DNA from: Candidatus Nomurabacteria bacterium
Lineage (GTDB): Bacteria; Patescibacteriota; Saccharimonadia; Saccharimonadales; JAGQNJ01
Assembly: GCA_023898625.1 (NCBI GenBank)
Contig: CP060231.1
Location: forward strand, 276,258 to 340,257
Reading direction: 5' to 3'
DNA length: 64,000 nt
Below the pieces are notes generated by a model. It did not search any database. It was not told where the DNA came from and was given only the letters and a program-made list of their open reading frames with translations. Shown in pieces: positions 9,119 to 19,097 of this stretch. A program made the translations under genes and the position numbers. Positions within the stretch are counted from its first letter, which is position 1. The number at the start of each line of letters is the position of its first letter.

Positions 9119-10753
9119 CTACATTTTTTCTAATACTGGAATTCCTAGAATGTCTAAACATTTTTTAAGTGTTCTAGTATACAAGCCAATCAATTTTACT
9201 CTTTGATCTTCTCTTTCGTCGCCAATCACCCTATTTTTTTCGTAAAAACTATTGAAACTCTGCGTAAGCTCGTATGTATAGTTTGCTAGTATATGTGGCG
9301 AAAGATCCTTTTGTGCCTTTTCTAAAATTTCGTTGTATTCACTTATTTTATGCAACAAAATATGTTCGTTAGACTCCAAATCAATAAGCATAGTATCTGT
9401 AGGTTCGTTTATTTTGCTTAGTATAGAATAGGCTCGTGCATAAGAATATTGAAGGTATGGGCCGGTATTACCTTGTAATTGTGTTGCGCCTTGAATATCA
9501 AAGACTACATCATTGCCAATTTTAACTTTTAAAAATTGATATCTTATTGCGCCCGTTATTATTGCTTCATCATTACTACTGTGCGACTCTAGCGCCTGCT
9601 TTATCTGATTAAATAGCCACTCAACTTCTAGCACATCACCATCCCGGGAGCTCATTTTTCCTGAAGTTAACTTAACTGTTCCTGTTGGAATATTTACAGT
9701 TGTGTTCTGTAAATTAGGCAGACACAATTCCGAAGCCTTGATAACACCTTTAAAATAATCTCTTTGTTCTTCAGCGGTTACAATATAGCTTTTTTCGGGA
9801 TGATAGTCTCGATTCTTCAGTTGCATTAGCCCTAAGTCGCGGGCACCATATAATCCAGATCCATTACTGCCAACAAAAACATTATCGAATGAACCGTATT
9901 TAGATCCTGGAAACATTATCGCACCTTCACTTTCAATAAAAACATCTCCGACATGTTGCCTAACAGTCTCTACTCCTAAGTTATCGGCTTGACTCTCCAG
10001 ATAGCGTCTTTCTGTTGGTTTGTTTCCAAGTCGTGCTACCAAATCATCTATCTGCTCAAAACTCCATTCCCTACAAGTTTCATAGACCTTCTTATAAATA
10101 GGGTCGTCAAGTATAAACGACTGTTTGGCCAGCCCGTCAATCTCTTTCTTGGCCGAATCGTCATTTTTATATACTTTCGATCCTTGGGCATACATCTGAG
10201 ACATGAAACGGTTGCGTTCATTTACTGGAATAGTGTCTAGCTTTGAAGGATCACCCTCTACAAACTTAAGTAAACTATACATGCTTTTTCCAACGTGCAG
10301 ACCAACATCGCCATGGTAACTAACTCTATGTGTATTTGCCCCAGAAGATTCCAGTAGGTTAGCAATTGTGTCTGCAAGCACACAGTTAAAACCGTGCCCA
10401 ATATGCATCGACTTAAACGGATTAGGATTGTTAGTCTCAATCACCACAGTTTGGGTATTTTCATCACTTTTTGGAACAAGAATCATATCAACAAGAATCT
10501 CGTCACTAACTCTTAGGTTAATGAATCCTGGGCCAGCAACCTCAATATTTCTAATACCCTTTGCCTCATCTATAGAATCGACTATGTTTTGAGCAATTTG
10601 ACGAGGGTTATCCTTCAGTTCTTTGGCAAGTAACATGGCAACATTTGTAGAGAAATCGCCAAAATCGTTATCTGTTCTTGTAAAAATAACTTCTTTATCA
10701 ACGTTATATATACTGGCTATTGTTTTCTGGAAAATATCTTGGAGTCTGTCCAT
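9119..10753 (-). CDS. argS: arginine--tRNA ligase
   Basis: HIGH-type motif (SMHIGHGFN). Class I architecture and C-terminal anticodon-binding (DALR-like) region. 544 aa. Confidence 0.9.
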   Translation of the reverse strand: MDRLQDIFQKTIASIYNVDKEVIFTRTDNDFGDFSTNVAMLLAKELKDNPRQIAQNIVDSIDEAKGIRNIEVAGPGFINLRVSDEILVDMILVPKSDENTQTVVIETNNPNPFKSMHIGHGFNCVLADTIANLLESSGANTHRVSYHGDVGLHVGKSMYSLLKFVEGDPSKLDTIPVNERNRFMSQMYAQGSKVYKNDDSAKKEIDGLAKQSFILDDPIYKKVYETCREWSFEQIDDLVARLGNKPTERRYLESQADNLGVETVRQHVGDVFIESEGAIMFPGSKYGSFDNVFVGSNGSGLYGARDLGLMQLKNRDYHPEKSYIVTAEEQRDYFKGVIKASELCLPNLQNTTVNIPTGTVKLTSGKMSSRDGDVLEVEWLFNQIKQALESHSSNDEAIITGAIRYQFLKVKIGNDVVFDIQGATQLQGNTGPYLQYSYARAYSILSKINEPTDTMLIDLESNEHILLHKISEYNEILEKAQKDLSPHILANYTYELTQSFNSFYEKNRVIGDEREDQRVKLIGLYTRTLKKCLDILGIPVLEKM

Positions 10754-10782
10754 AACAGAGGTAGTATAACAGATAAATTTGT

Positions 10783-11457
10783 CTAGTTACTACGAATAAT
10801 TTCTATTAGATGATAGATAACAGCGTAGGTAGAGCCTAATAACACGTAAAAAACCCCTGTCACTACAAACGTCAGCGTATACGACCCTGGATTAATAATT
10901 CGATCGGATACATCAAAAATTAATCCCATAGGATTGATAACGACATCCCAAGTATTCCAGCGTAAGTATCTTCCTAAATAAATCGCAAACCCAGACAACA
11001 AAAGCGCTAACTGCGCTAACCAATAGGCAGTATATTCAGAGACATACTTTTTGATTAAAGTATGGACAATGTACAGACTAATATAGCCAAGAAGCAATCC
11101 GTTAATCACAAAGGATATAATTAATGCTGTATCATACAATAAACTAACCTCACCACTGCTCTGAAGGTGTATCAAATCAGTCATTAAGTAAAAACTATTA
11201 GGCAAAAATAACAACCATAATAACCCGACAGCAACCTCTTTCCAGGTTGGGATTTTTCTTCTATCGGTCAGAAACTTAAGCCAAACGGCTAGTAATAAGG
11301 GTATCCAGGCTAAAAACAGATTCCACGACAAAAACCATAATCTCCAACTTTCAGAAGCTAATATCCTAATGATTAGCAAAACCAGACTAACACAACTTGA
11401 AACCAACAAAGTACTCAGAACATCTCTTTGTGCCTTTGCGGACCACATACGCTTCAT
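10783..11457 (-). CDS. DUF1361-like polytopic membrane protein
   Basis: ORF track 10783..11553. Start moved to the ATG at 11457 (MKRMWSAK) to avoid overlap with the divergent gene. Multiple TMs. Confidence 0.5.
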   Translation of the reverse strand: MKRMWSAKAQRDVLSTLLVSSCVSLVLLIIRILASESWRLWFLSWNLFLAWIPLLLAVWLKFLTDRRKIPTWKEVAVGLLWLLFLPNSFYLMTDLIHLQSSGEVSLLYDTALIISFVINGLLLGYISLYIVHTLIKKYVSEYTAYWLAQLALLLSGFAIYLGRYLRWNTWDVVINPMGLIFDVSDRIINPGSYTLTFVVTGVFYVLLGSTYAVIYHLIEIIRSN

Positions 11458-11480
11458 GTATTTACATTTTAACAGGTATA

Positions 11481-12122
11481 ATGGAATCCATGAATAATCT
11501 AATTGATCAAACTCGACAACAAGTTCGCCGTGTAATGAATTCCATGGCATCAATAATCAATAGGCTATCCCGAGGGCGCGTTACTCCAAATATGATTACA
11601 ATACTGGGCTTACTGGGTCATTTTCTCGTAGCGTGGCTAATAGCAAATCAAGTTTTTATATGGTCGGGCATACTATTGGTAATCTTTGGCTTATTAGATG
11701 CCATAGACGGCTCACTTGCACGTATTCAGGGTAGTGCCTCCAAGAAAGGTATGTTGCTTGACTCCATTACCGACCGGATTAAAGAAGTTGTTATATATGC
11801 TGGAATTGCATACGCGCTAGTCACCTCTGGTGAGATTTTTTATACAGTTTGGGTGGTTATTGCGTGTGGGTTATCGATAATAGTCAGTTACATTAATGCG
11901 TGGGGTGAAGTTGTATCAAAGAAATCAAATAAAGCAAGCTCACACGAAACAAATACAACCTTCCGAAACGGAATAATGACATATGACGTACGCATGTTTA
12001 CGCTAGTAATTGGTCTGTTAAGTGGCTACTTAAAGCAAGCTGTGCTCGTAGTTGCTATACTATCTTTAGTGACCATTTATCAGCGTTTTTCTTTAGTAGT
12101 AAACAAAGTAGATGATGTATAA
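11481..12122 (+). CDS. CDP-alcohol phosphatidyltransferase
   Basis: Complete D-x2-D-G-x2-A-R-x8-G-x3-D-x3-D motif (DAIDGSLARIQGSASKKGMLLDSITD). Start taken at ATG 11481 (11490 is also possible). Confidence 0.8.
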   Translation: MESMNNLIDQTRQQVRRVMNSMASIINRLSRGRVTPNMITILGLLGHFLVAWLIANQVFIWSGILLVIFGLLDAIDGSLARIQGSASKKGMLLDSITDRIKEVVIYAGIAYALVTSGEIFYTVWVVIACGLSIIVSYINAWGEVVSKKSNKASSHETNTTFRNGIMTYDVRMFTLVIGLLSGYLKQAVLVVAILSLVTIYQRFSLVVNKVDDV

Positions 12123-12762
12123 GGTTGACCTCCACACCCACTCAATTGCCTCTAAAGATGGTGGACTAACTCCATCGCAATACCGTCAATTTATTGAAGA
12201 CGACAAACTGGATTATATAGCCATAACAGACCACAATACCATTGAGCTAGCCGCAGAGCTAAAAAGTATGCTCGGTGAAGCAATTATAGTGGGCGAAGAA
12301 ATAGATAGTAAAGACGGGGAGATAATTGGTTTGTACCTCAAGAAAGCCGTTACGCCAGGCATGTCAGCAACTAAAACTGCTCGTGCCATAAAACAGCAAG
12401 GAGGCTTGGTATATATCCCTCACCCATTTGAGACAGTTAGACATGGAATTTCAAAAGCAACACTAGAGAAAATTATGGATCAAATTGATATTATCGAGAT
12501 ATACAATGGGCGAGCTGTTTTTCAAAATAAGGGACCGGAGGCCACGACATTTGCCAGGCTAAACAACATACCTTGTGCCGCCAGCAGTGATGCTCACGGA
12601 GAAAAAGGAATGGCTTCTGTGTATTCCCAGATATCCCATAAACCAACTAAAAATAATCTTCCTACACTACTTCGAACCGCACACTATTCAATGGTGCGAC
12701 CGCCACTCAAAACCTTACTTTATCCAAAGATAAATCGTATAAGAAAGAGACTCAAGCCTTGA
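12112..12762 (+). CDS. PHP-domain phosphoesterase
   Basis: VDLHTHS... N-terminal PHP metal-binding motif; later ITDHN and SDAH motifs. Overlaps both neighbours, so appears translationally coupled. Confidence 0.7.
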   Translation: MMYKVDLHTHSIASKDGGLTPSQYRQFIEDDKLDYIAITDHNTIELAAELKSMLGEAIIVGEEIDSKDGEIIGLYLKKAVTPGMSATKTARAIKQQGGLVYIPHPFETVRHGISKATLEKIMDQIDIIEIYNGRAVFQNKGPEATTFARLNNIPCAASSDAHGEKGMASVYSQISHKPTKNNLPTLLRTAHYSMVRPPLKTLLYPKINRIRKRLKP

Positions 12763-13310
12763 TTGATATTATCATCCTTGCTTTATGGTTTTTTGCACCC
12801 GCTGGCATAGCAAACGCCACGCCTGTTTTTGCCAAAAGAATCCCTTATCTACGTAAATGGAAAACTCCCCTAGATTTTGGAAAATCATTCAAAGGAAAAC
12901 GAATATTAGGAGACAACAAAACATGGAGAGGCTTTTGCTTTGGCGTAATACTTGCCAGCCTAGTTTTTTGGCTACAAAAGTACCTTTACATACATAATGA
13001 TTTGATTAGTAGTTTGATTAAGCTGGATTATGCAAGTTTACCTATAGGTTTAGGAATTTTACTTGGCATTGGTGCCTTGTTGGGCGACGCCATTGAAAGT
13101 TTTTTTAAGCGTCAACTTCGGATTCCTTCTGGTGAAGCATGGTTTCCCTTTGATCAAATAGACTACATAATCGGTGGAATACTGCTATCGTCGCTAGTAA
13201 TAACTCTTACTCCCCTGCAAAATGTTACAGTGCTATTAGTATGGTTCGGTTTGCATCTAGTTTCTAGTTATGTCGGCTACTTACTAGGACTAAAAGATAA
13301 ACCAATTTAA
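12759..13310 (+). CDS. carS: CDP-archaeol synthase family (CarS/DUF46) membrane protein
   Basis: ILGDNKTWRGF and LGDAIESFFKRQL...G...PFDQIDY motifs match the CarS family. Five TMs. 4-nt overlap with the upstream gene. Confidence 0.7.
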   Translation: MIDIIILALWFFAPAGIANATPVFAKRIPYLRKWKTPLDFGKSFKGKRILGDNKTWRGFCFGVILASLVFWLQKYLYIHNDLISSLIKLDYASLPIGLGILLGIGALLGDAIESFFKRQLRIPSGEAWFPFDQIDYIIGGILLSSLVITLTPLQNVTVLLVWFGLHLVSSYVGYLLGLKDKPI

Positions 13311-13318
13311 AGCATGTA

Positions 13319-14041
13319 ATGCGTTTATCTGATACACTCTTTAATGTGCAAACAACAAACTCATCATTAATATCCGTGAAAAATCTTTCTAAAGTTTATG
13401 GCAAAAAAGAGAATTCATTCAAGGCACTCAAAGGTGTATCGCTTACCATAAACAAGGGTGATAGTTTAGCAATTATTGGGAAGAGTGGCTCTGGCAAATC
13501 TACATTAATGCATATTCTTGCCTGCTTGGACCGTCCTACATCTGGAACTTATCTATTCGAAGGTAAAAACGTAAACAAACTTAAGCCTGCCGAACTAGAT
13601 AGATTGCGGAATGAACGATTTGGTTTTGTGTTCCAGCAATTCTTTATGAATGCCAATGATACAGTTATAGATAATGTTGCGTTACCGTTAAAAATTGCAG
13701 GCGTAGGAAAAAAAGAACGACAAAAACTTGCTCTAGAGACATTAGCTCAGGTTGATTTGAAAGATAAAGCAAAAAACCGTGCAAAAAACTTAAGTGGAGG
13801 ACAGAAGCAGCGCGTCTGCATTGCTAGAGCTTTAATAAATAGGCCTGACGTTCTCTTTGCAGACGAACCAACGGGTAACCTTGATAGCGTAACCGGCGCA
13901 CAAGTTGAAGATATTTTGTTTAAACTTAATAAAGAGCATGGCATCACACTAATAATCGTTACGCATGATGATGATTTGGCAAAGAAATGCAATAAGCGGG
14001 TTTATATAAAAGATGGCTTGATTAAGAAAGACGAAAAGTAA
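13319..14041 (+). CDS. ABC transporter ATP-binding protein (MacB/LolD/FtsE-like)
   Basis: Walker A GKSGSGKST, signature LSGGQKQR, Walker B LFADEPT. Confidence 0.9.
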   Translation: MRLSDTLFNVQTTNSSLISVKNLSKVYGKKENSFKALKGVSLTINKGDSLAIIGKSGSGKSTLMHILACLDRPTSGTYLFEGKNVNKLKPAELDRLRNERFGFVFQQFFMNANDTVIDNVALPLKIAGVGKKERQKLALETLAQVDLKDKAKNRAKNLSGGQKQRVCIARALINRPDVLFADEPTGNLDSVTGAQVEDILFKLNKEHGITLIIVTHDDDLAKKCNKRVYIKDGLIKKDEK

Positions 14042-15324
14042 TGCGAATTTGGGACATCATACTAACCGCAAATTCAAACTTAGCTAAAAGTAAATTACGG
14101 ACTTTTTTGACAATTTCTGCTGTTTTTATCGGGGGTTTAACCTTAATGCTGACCAACGGTGTCGGAGCCGGGCTAAAAACATATGTTGACAAACAGGTTG
14201 ATGCGGTTGGAGCCAAGGATGTTTTGCTGATTTCAGCAAAAAGCCAAACCAACGAAAACCCCATCGCCAACGCCAAACCAACGGAATACAACCCAGACGC
14301 TCGTCCTACTGGTCAATTTGGGCAAGCATTGCTAACATCAGAGGATCTTGCCACTATAAAATCGGAGCCAGGGATAAAGTCGGTTGTACCTCTGTACAAT
14401 ATTCAAGCCGAATACATGACTACGGGTGACAAAAAATGGAATACTACAGTAATGCAAACTACTGAAGGAGTAAACTATCCTGTATCTAGTGGCCGTAGAG
14501 TTAATGTTACGGGCAAAGAGCGTGAGGTCACCATACCTACAGAATATGTGTCGGCTCTTGGTTTTGAGTCACCAGAAGATGCATTGAATAAAAAATTGAC
14601 TTTTGGCTTCAAGAACGCCCTTGGCAAACAATTCACTTTAGATGCAACAATTGTGGGAATCCAAGAAACCAGTATCATTAATGGTAGTCAGGTAACTAGC
14701 AACATCTCTTTTGCTAAACAAGCAAATGATGCTATGACTCAAGGGATCCCAGAGTTTCAAAAAGATCAATACATGATTGCATTCGCCAAGTTTGATAATA
14801 GTTTTACTGATCAACAAATTAATGACCTTAAAGCAAATCTATCCAAAAAGGGGTTTGATGCAAAAACCCTGGACGATCAATTAGGCATCATAACAAGTAT
14901 TATTAGCGCCATAACAACCTTCCTTAATATTTTTGCCGGAATCGCTCTAGTGGCAGCTACTTTTGGTATTATCAACACCTTGATGATGGCAGTAGCTGAG
15001 CGAACCAAAGAAATAGGACTAATGAAGGCTTTGGGCATGAGAAAATTAAAAATCTTTGCCTTGTTTAGTTTTGAGGCCATCTTGATTGGTTTTTGGGGTG
15101 CACTCGTTGCCTTAGGTGTAGCAAATATTGTGGGTCGCATTGGCAGTAGTATCGCTTCGGAAACTTTATTTAAAGATTTTGATGGGCTCAGCTTATTTTC
15201 TTTCCCTTCCCTTCCAATGATAGGCATTATTTTGGTAATAGTTGCTATATCATTTGTTGCGGGCACGTTACCAGCACGTCGGGCTAGTAAACTCGACCCC
15301 ATAGAAGCACTACGCTACGAATAA
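14041..15324 (+). CDS. ABC transporter permease, FtsX/MacB-type
   Basis: N-terminal TM, large periplasmic-like domain, and a C-terminal 3-TM FtsX domain ending ...PARRASKLDPIEALRYE. Start overlaps the ATPase stop. Confidence 0.85.
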   Translation: MRIWDIILTANSNLAKSKLRTFLTISAVFIGGLTLMLTNGVGAGLKTYVDKQVDAVGAKDVLLISAKSQTNENPIANAKPTEYNPDARPTGQFGQALLTSEDLATIKSEPGIKSVVPLYNIQAEYMTTGDKKWNTTVMQTTEGVNYPVSSGRRVNVTGKEREVTIPTEYVSALGFESPEDALNKKLTFGFKNALGKQFTLDATIVGIQETSIINGSQVTSNISFAKQANDAMTQGIPEFQKDQYMIAFAKFDNSFTDQQINDLKANLSKKGFDAKTLDDQLGIITSIISAITTFLNIFAGIALVAATFGIINTLMMAVAERTKEIGLMKALGMRKLKIFALFSFEAILIGFWGALVALGVANIVGRIGSSIASETLFKDFDGLSLFSFPSLPMIGIILVIVAISFVAGTLPARRASKLDPIEALRYE

Positions 15325-15380
15325 TTATTTGTACATATTTATGGTCTTAACAGCTCGCCCAAAACAGATTCTCCTACGAT

Positions 15381-16109
15381 TTAAGAATTGTATTTAATAA
15401 AAGCTTCGGTAGAAAAAGCACTAACTAATGTACCTCTATCAAAGATATCCATCATCTTCTGAGTTTGTGACGGCATTGCCTGCAGTGCACGATACTTTAT
15501 ATCGAATAATTCTTTGTCAAGATTAAGGCAAATGTCACAATCTTTTTCTTTTTTTAGCTTCGGATGATCGATATTAAAAAAGAAGTTAAGACGTTCATCG
15601 AGCCTAATTAGCGACGCTTCGTATTGCTCAGTTGTTATAACTGCTTGATATATTTTTGCTTTTTTCTCTGCACTAATATTAGCTTTGGTAACCCATTTAT
15701 GAACTGCTTGATGGTCGGTGTGACCGGTTAGGCCATCAGCACCGAAAGTTAATATAGTATCTGGTTGTATTTTGTTAATAAATTGTCGTATGGTCTCGAT
15801 CGCGACAAGGTTGTTTGATTTACAAAGCCCATCTTTATATCCAAGCCAATGATGCTCGGTAATTCCTAGAATTTTATAAGCCTCGTCATGCTCTGCTTTA
15901 CGAATTTCTGCAAGCTTTGACCTTGGCCATTTTAGCTCATCTTGAACACCCTGCTCGCCACTAGTGGCTGTTAAGCAAACTACTCTTTGGCCATTAGCTA
16001 TGGCATTCGCCAAAATACCACCAGAAGAGAAAGTTTCATCATCCGGATGAGCCCAGACACCAAGAATCACACCAAGCTTTTTTATATCTTCTGGAGTACG
16101 TAATTTCAT
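15381..16109 (-). CDS. PIG-L/LmbE-family deacetylase
   Basis: The AHPDDE motif and downstream HxDH (GHTDH) are typical of PIG-L family zinc deacetylases. Confidence 0.75.
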   Translation of the reverse strand: MKLRTPEDIKKLGVILGVWAHPDDETFSSGGILANAIANGQRVVCLTATSGEQGVQDELKWPRSKLAEIRKAEHDEAYKILGITEHHWLGYKDGLCKSNNLVAIETIRQFINKIQPDTILTFGADGLTGHTDHQAVHKWVTKANISAEKKAKIYQAVITTEQYEASLIRLDERLNFFFNIDHPKLKKEKDCDICLNLDKELFDIKYRALQAMPSQTQKMMDIFDRGTLVSAFSTEAFIKYNS

Positions 16110-16111
16110 AG

Positions 16112-17152
16112 TTAATTGAGTTCATTTTTAAGTTTTTCTATTAGTTCCACGGGTGTGGGGTCAATATTATTTAACAAAGCAAGATACAAACTTACAAAGT
16201 CACCTAATGCTACAGTAAAAAATAACCTCTCTATAGGCGTCTCTCCCAAAACATTAACAACTATCGGAGTAGGCATTTTACCAGAAAGAAGTTTACTTGT
16301 TAGCGAAAATCGCTTTTTTATCCGAGGATGATCAAAATCTGAAACCAAAAAAACTGGGGCATATGGTTTTTGAATTGGATGACTAGACCACCCAAGAAAC
16401 TCGTTGTGATTAAACTCAGGAAACTGGTTACACCAGGCAATGTTTTTTGCATTTTCATTAAAGCTAATCTTCCATTTATATGCTCCTGGAAACAATTTGG
16501 TGCTAGAATAAACCACCGGGGATTTACCAACAACATCAAGTACGATTTGTTTTGCTAGATTTCTACTAGTTGGTACTTGTGGTAACCAGCCTTCAATATG
16601 TGTTGGTAGATTTTTGGAGCTCCTTTCAATAGCACTTATTTCGCCATCTACTAATGACGTTGATGCCATCACCTCAGCTAAAGCTCTATACTGATAGCCA
16701 AAAGTAAATCGTGGTTGATATCCAATTGGTAGTTTGAGGTGAGGTACATTGTTTTGTATAGCCAACTCCTCAAGCTTACCGCCAGATGATATAGCCACCA
16801 CCATAGGCCGGGAGTCAGCAAATTGTTCACCAAATGCTTGTTGAAAAACGCTTATCACTTCTTCTGTGTTTCCTGAATAGCTTGAACATATCAACAAAGT
16901 ATTTTCATTCACCCTGTCTGGTAGCTCGTAATCTTGAAGTGTAGCGAACGGAACATTAATACTGCTTGTATTTGCATAAGCTTTGCTAGCAAGACCTGAC
17001 CCCCCCATACCAGCCACTATAACTTCATGTATTGTTTTTGAGGGATTCCAACTAAATCCAAAATTATGTAAATATTGGTCTGTTTGATTTTGTGCTATGC
17101 CTAGCGCATCACTTTTATCTCTTTGATGAATATACTTCAGGTCATCTAACAC
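16112..17152 (-). CDS. bifunctional phosphoglucose/phosphomannose isomerase (SIS domain)
   Basis: GMGGSG and SYSGNTEE SIS motifs. About 346 aa, typical of archaeal/CPR-type PGI/PMI. Confidence 0.7.
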   Translation of the reverse strand: MLDDLKYIHQRDKSDALGIAQNQTDQYLHNFGFSWNPSKTIHEVIVAGMGGSGLASKAYANTSSINVPFATLQDYELPDRVNENTLLICSSYSGNTEEVISVFQQAFGEQFADSRPMVVAISSGGKLEELAIQNNVPHLKLPIGYQPRFTFGYQYRALAEVMASTSLVDGEISAIERSSKNLPTHIEGWLPQVPTSRNLAKQIVLDVVGKSPVVYSSTKLFPGAYKWKISFNENAKNIAWCNQFPEFNHNEFLGWSSHPIQKPYAPVFLVSDFDHPRIKKRFSLTSKLLSGKMPTPIVVNVLGETPIERLFFTVALGDFVSLYLALLNNIDPTPVELIEKLKNELN

Positions 17153-17244
17153 GTACGCCTCCTAGAAAATTCTTTTGCTTATAACAATATTTTGCTACTA
17201 TATGTAGTATAAACTATTATGTGAGTAATCAAGTAGGGGGTGAC

Positions 17245-17835
17245 ATGTTTGGGCAAGGCAATAATAAAGATGAGGGAGCAAACCCTCCAATCAGCAATAA
17301 ACCAGTAAATAATGGACTACTCGGCATTGATGATGATAACGACGATGTGGTAAGTTCTACCGTTTCAGGGTCTCAGTCAGTATCAACGCCCACAGTACAA
17401 CCATCATCAACACCGCCAATCCCAGACACTCCAACAATTAGCGTCACTGATGAACCAAAGGAGAGTATTTCCCCAGAATCTACTAACAATACCCCATCAT
17501 CTTCAACAGCCTTCTCGCCAGTAGATGACCCGTACTCAACACCGCCAGCTTATGCTCAAAACTCGATTACCAACACACAGACCACAACAGACGATTTGGC
17601 AAATATTAAACGCCAAGCTCTGCAAGATCTTACTCCATTAATTAATCATCTAGACCAAAATGCAGAAGAGAAGTTTAAAACTACTATGATGATGATACAG
17701 GCATCTGATGACAAAGACCTAATACCAAAAGCATACGAATCGGCTAAAGATATCTCAGACGAAAAAAAGCGCGCACAAGCGTTACTAGATATTGTCAACG
17801 AAATTAACTACTTCACTCACAAAACTGAGGAATAA
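17245..17835 (+). CDS. hypothetical low-complexity (S/T/P-rich) protein
   Basis: ORF track 17221..17835. ATG 17245 follows a GGGGGTG RBS-like run. Confidence 0.45.
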   Translation: MFGQGNNKDEGANPPISNKPVNNGLLGIDDDNDDVVSSTVSGSQSVSTPTVQPSSTPPIPDTPTISVTDEPKESISPESTNNTPSSSTAFSPVDDPYSTPPAYAQNSITNTQTTTDDLANIKRQALQDLTPLINHLDQNAEEKFKTTMMMIQASDDKDLIPKAYESAKDISDEKKRAQALLDIVNEINYFTHKTEE

Positions 17836-17836
17836 T

Positions 17837-18322
17837 CTACTCCTCAGTAGCACCAGTTCTAGGAATTTCTGGAGTTTCTGGACCTGTTACTGGTGTTGTC
17901 GTGGAGCTATGTGTATTCTGTTGGCTACTTGAAACACCTGCATTATTTTGAGGGCTAGTTGATGTTGACGAGTTTGCTGTAGTACCGCCATCGTTACCAG
18001 AATTTTGGTTGTTCTGGTTAACATTTTGGTCGCCTTGGCTTTGCTGGGAGTTATTACTTGGGCTAGAGCCGACTTGCTCATTTGGAACTGATTGGCTGGA
18101 GCTATCGACAGTATTCTTATTAAATACTTTTTGATAAACCCACCTTCCGCCAAAGAATATAACAACAGCAATTAACAGGGTTATGGTAAGTGCAACTAGC
18201 ATCAATAACCAAGCTATACCACGTCGTTCCTTGTGTTCTGCTTGATAATACTCTTCAACTTCTGCTGGTATTTGCGAAGCAACAGGTCGTGTTCTGTTGC
18301 GATTCCATGGCATTTTAACCAT
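17837..18322 (-). CDS. hypothetical single-pass membrane protein with S/N/Q-rich ectodomain
   Basis: TM segment (IAWLLMLVALTITLLIAVVIFF). Low-complexity C-terminus. Confidence 0.5.
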   Translation of the reverse strand: MVKMPWNRNRTRPVASQIPAEVEEYYQAEHKERRGIAWLLMLVALTITLLIAVVIFFGGRWVYQKVFNKNTVDSSSQSVPNEQVGSSPSNNSQQSQGDQNVNQNNQNSGNDGGTTANSSTSTSPQNNAGVSSSQQNTHSSTTTPVTGPETPEIPRTGATEE

Positions 18323-18426
18323 ATCAGTCTCCTTAGATAACCATATTTTACTGCTTTTTGATTATTTAGTCAATAACTTGATATAGTATATTGTGCTTTT
18401 GTCAATTTTTATGTTATAATATAGCT

Positions 18427-18684
18427 ATGCCAAAAGAACATTTCTCTAGAGAGGAACTTGTTGATTTTTATAATAATCAACGACGCTCGGTTATGGGAGA
18501 CCAAGGCGAGTTAAAACGTAGATTTTTCGATCCTAATAATGATAAGGTCATTGATGTTAACGATCCGGATATGAACCGACTTGTCGGTAAAATAGACGGC
18601 CAGTTGGGCATGTTGGCAAACTTAGCCTATTTCATTGAGCAAGAACCGATACCTGACAATATAGAAGACATTGACAAAGCTTAA
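18427..18684 (+). CDS. hypothetical protein
   Basis: ORF track 18391..18684. ATG 18427 lies 7 nt after a TATAAT box, so the mRNA may be near-leaderless. Confidence 0.4.
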   Translation: MPKEHFSREELVDFYNNQRRSVMGDQGELKRRFFDPNNDKVIDVNDPDMNRLVGKIDGQLGMLANLAYFIEQEPIPDNIEDIDKA

Positions 18685-18736
18685 GTATTTTGATACACTA
18701 GCAATACTGCAAGCTAAAATACACAGGAACCAAACA

Positions 18737-18994
18737 ATGAACGAAGAAAATCTACCCAAACCAACAGAAGACGCATATGCTGATCTGGTCACTCAAGCGA
18801 CTACTCCAGAAGAAGCACAAGCTCTTGAAGAGATGCGACAGCAAGATTTAAAAGAACGCCAGGAGTCTATCAAGGATATTGCTAATCGCCCATTACCTGA
18901 GATAAGCCCTAATGGTATCGCACTATTAGATGGTGAAGACCCAAAAGACGGAGATGAACCACCCGAATATGGCCAAGGTGGCCCACGCGCATAG
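18737..18994 (+). CDS. hypothetical acidic protein
   Basis: ORF track 18671..18994. ATG 18737 is preceded by an AGGAA RBS. Confidence 0.4.
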   Translation: MNEENLPKPTEDAYADLVTQATTPEEAQALEEMRQQDLKERQESIKDIANRPLPEISPNGIALLDGEDPKDGDEPPEYGQGGPRA

Positions 18995-19097
18995 TCAAAT
19001 AACGCCCCTTACTGCACCCGCAATAAAACATTCTGCAAACAAAAACACCCTAGAGATTAAACTAGAGCGTTTTTTAGGCAGAACAACTACTCGACGA

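Noticed and set aside
17837-17880. C-terminal PEIPRTGATEE considered as an LPXTG sortase signal.
   Set aside because: The motif is followed by only four acidic residues and the stop. No hydrophobic segment or positively charged tail follows it.
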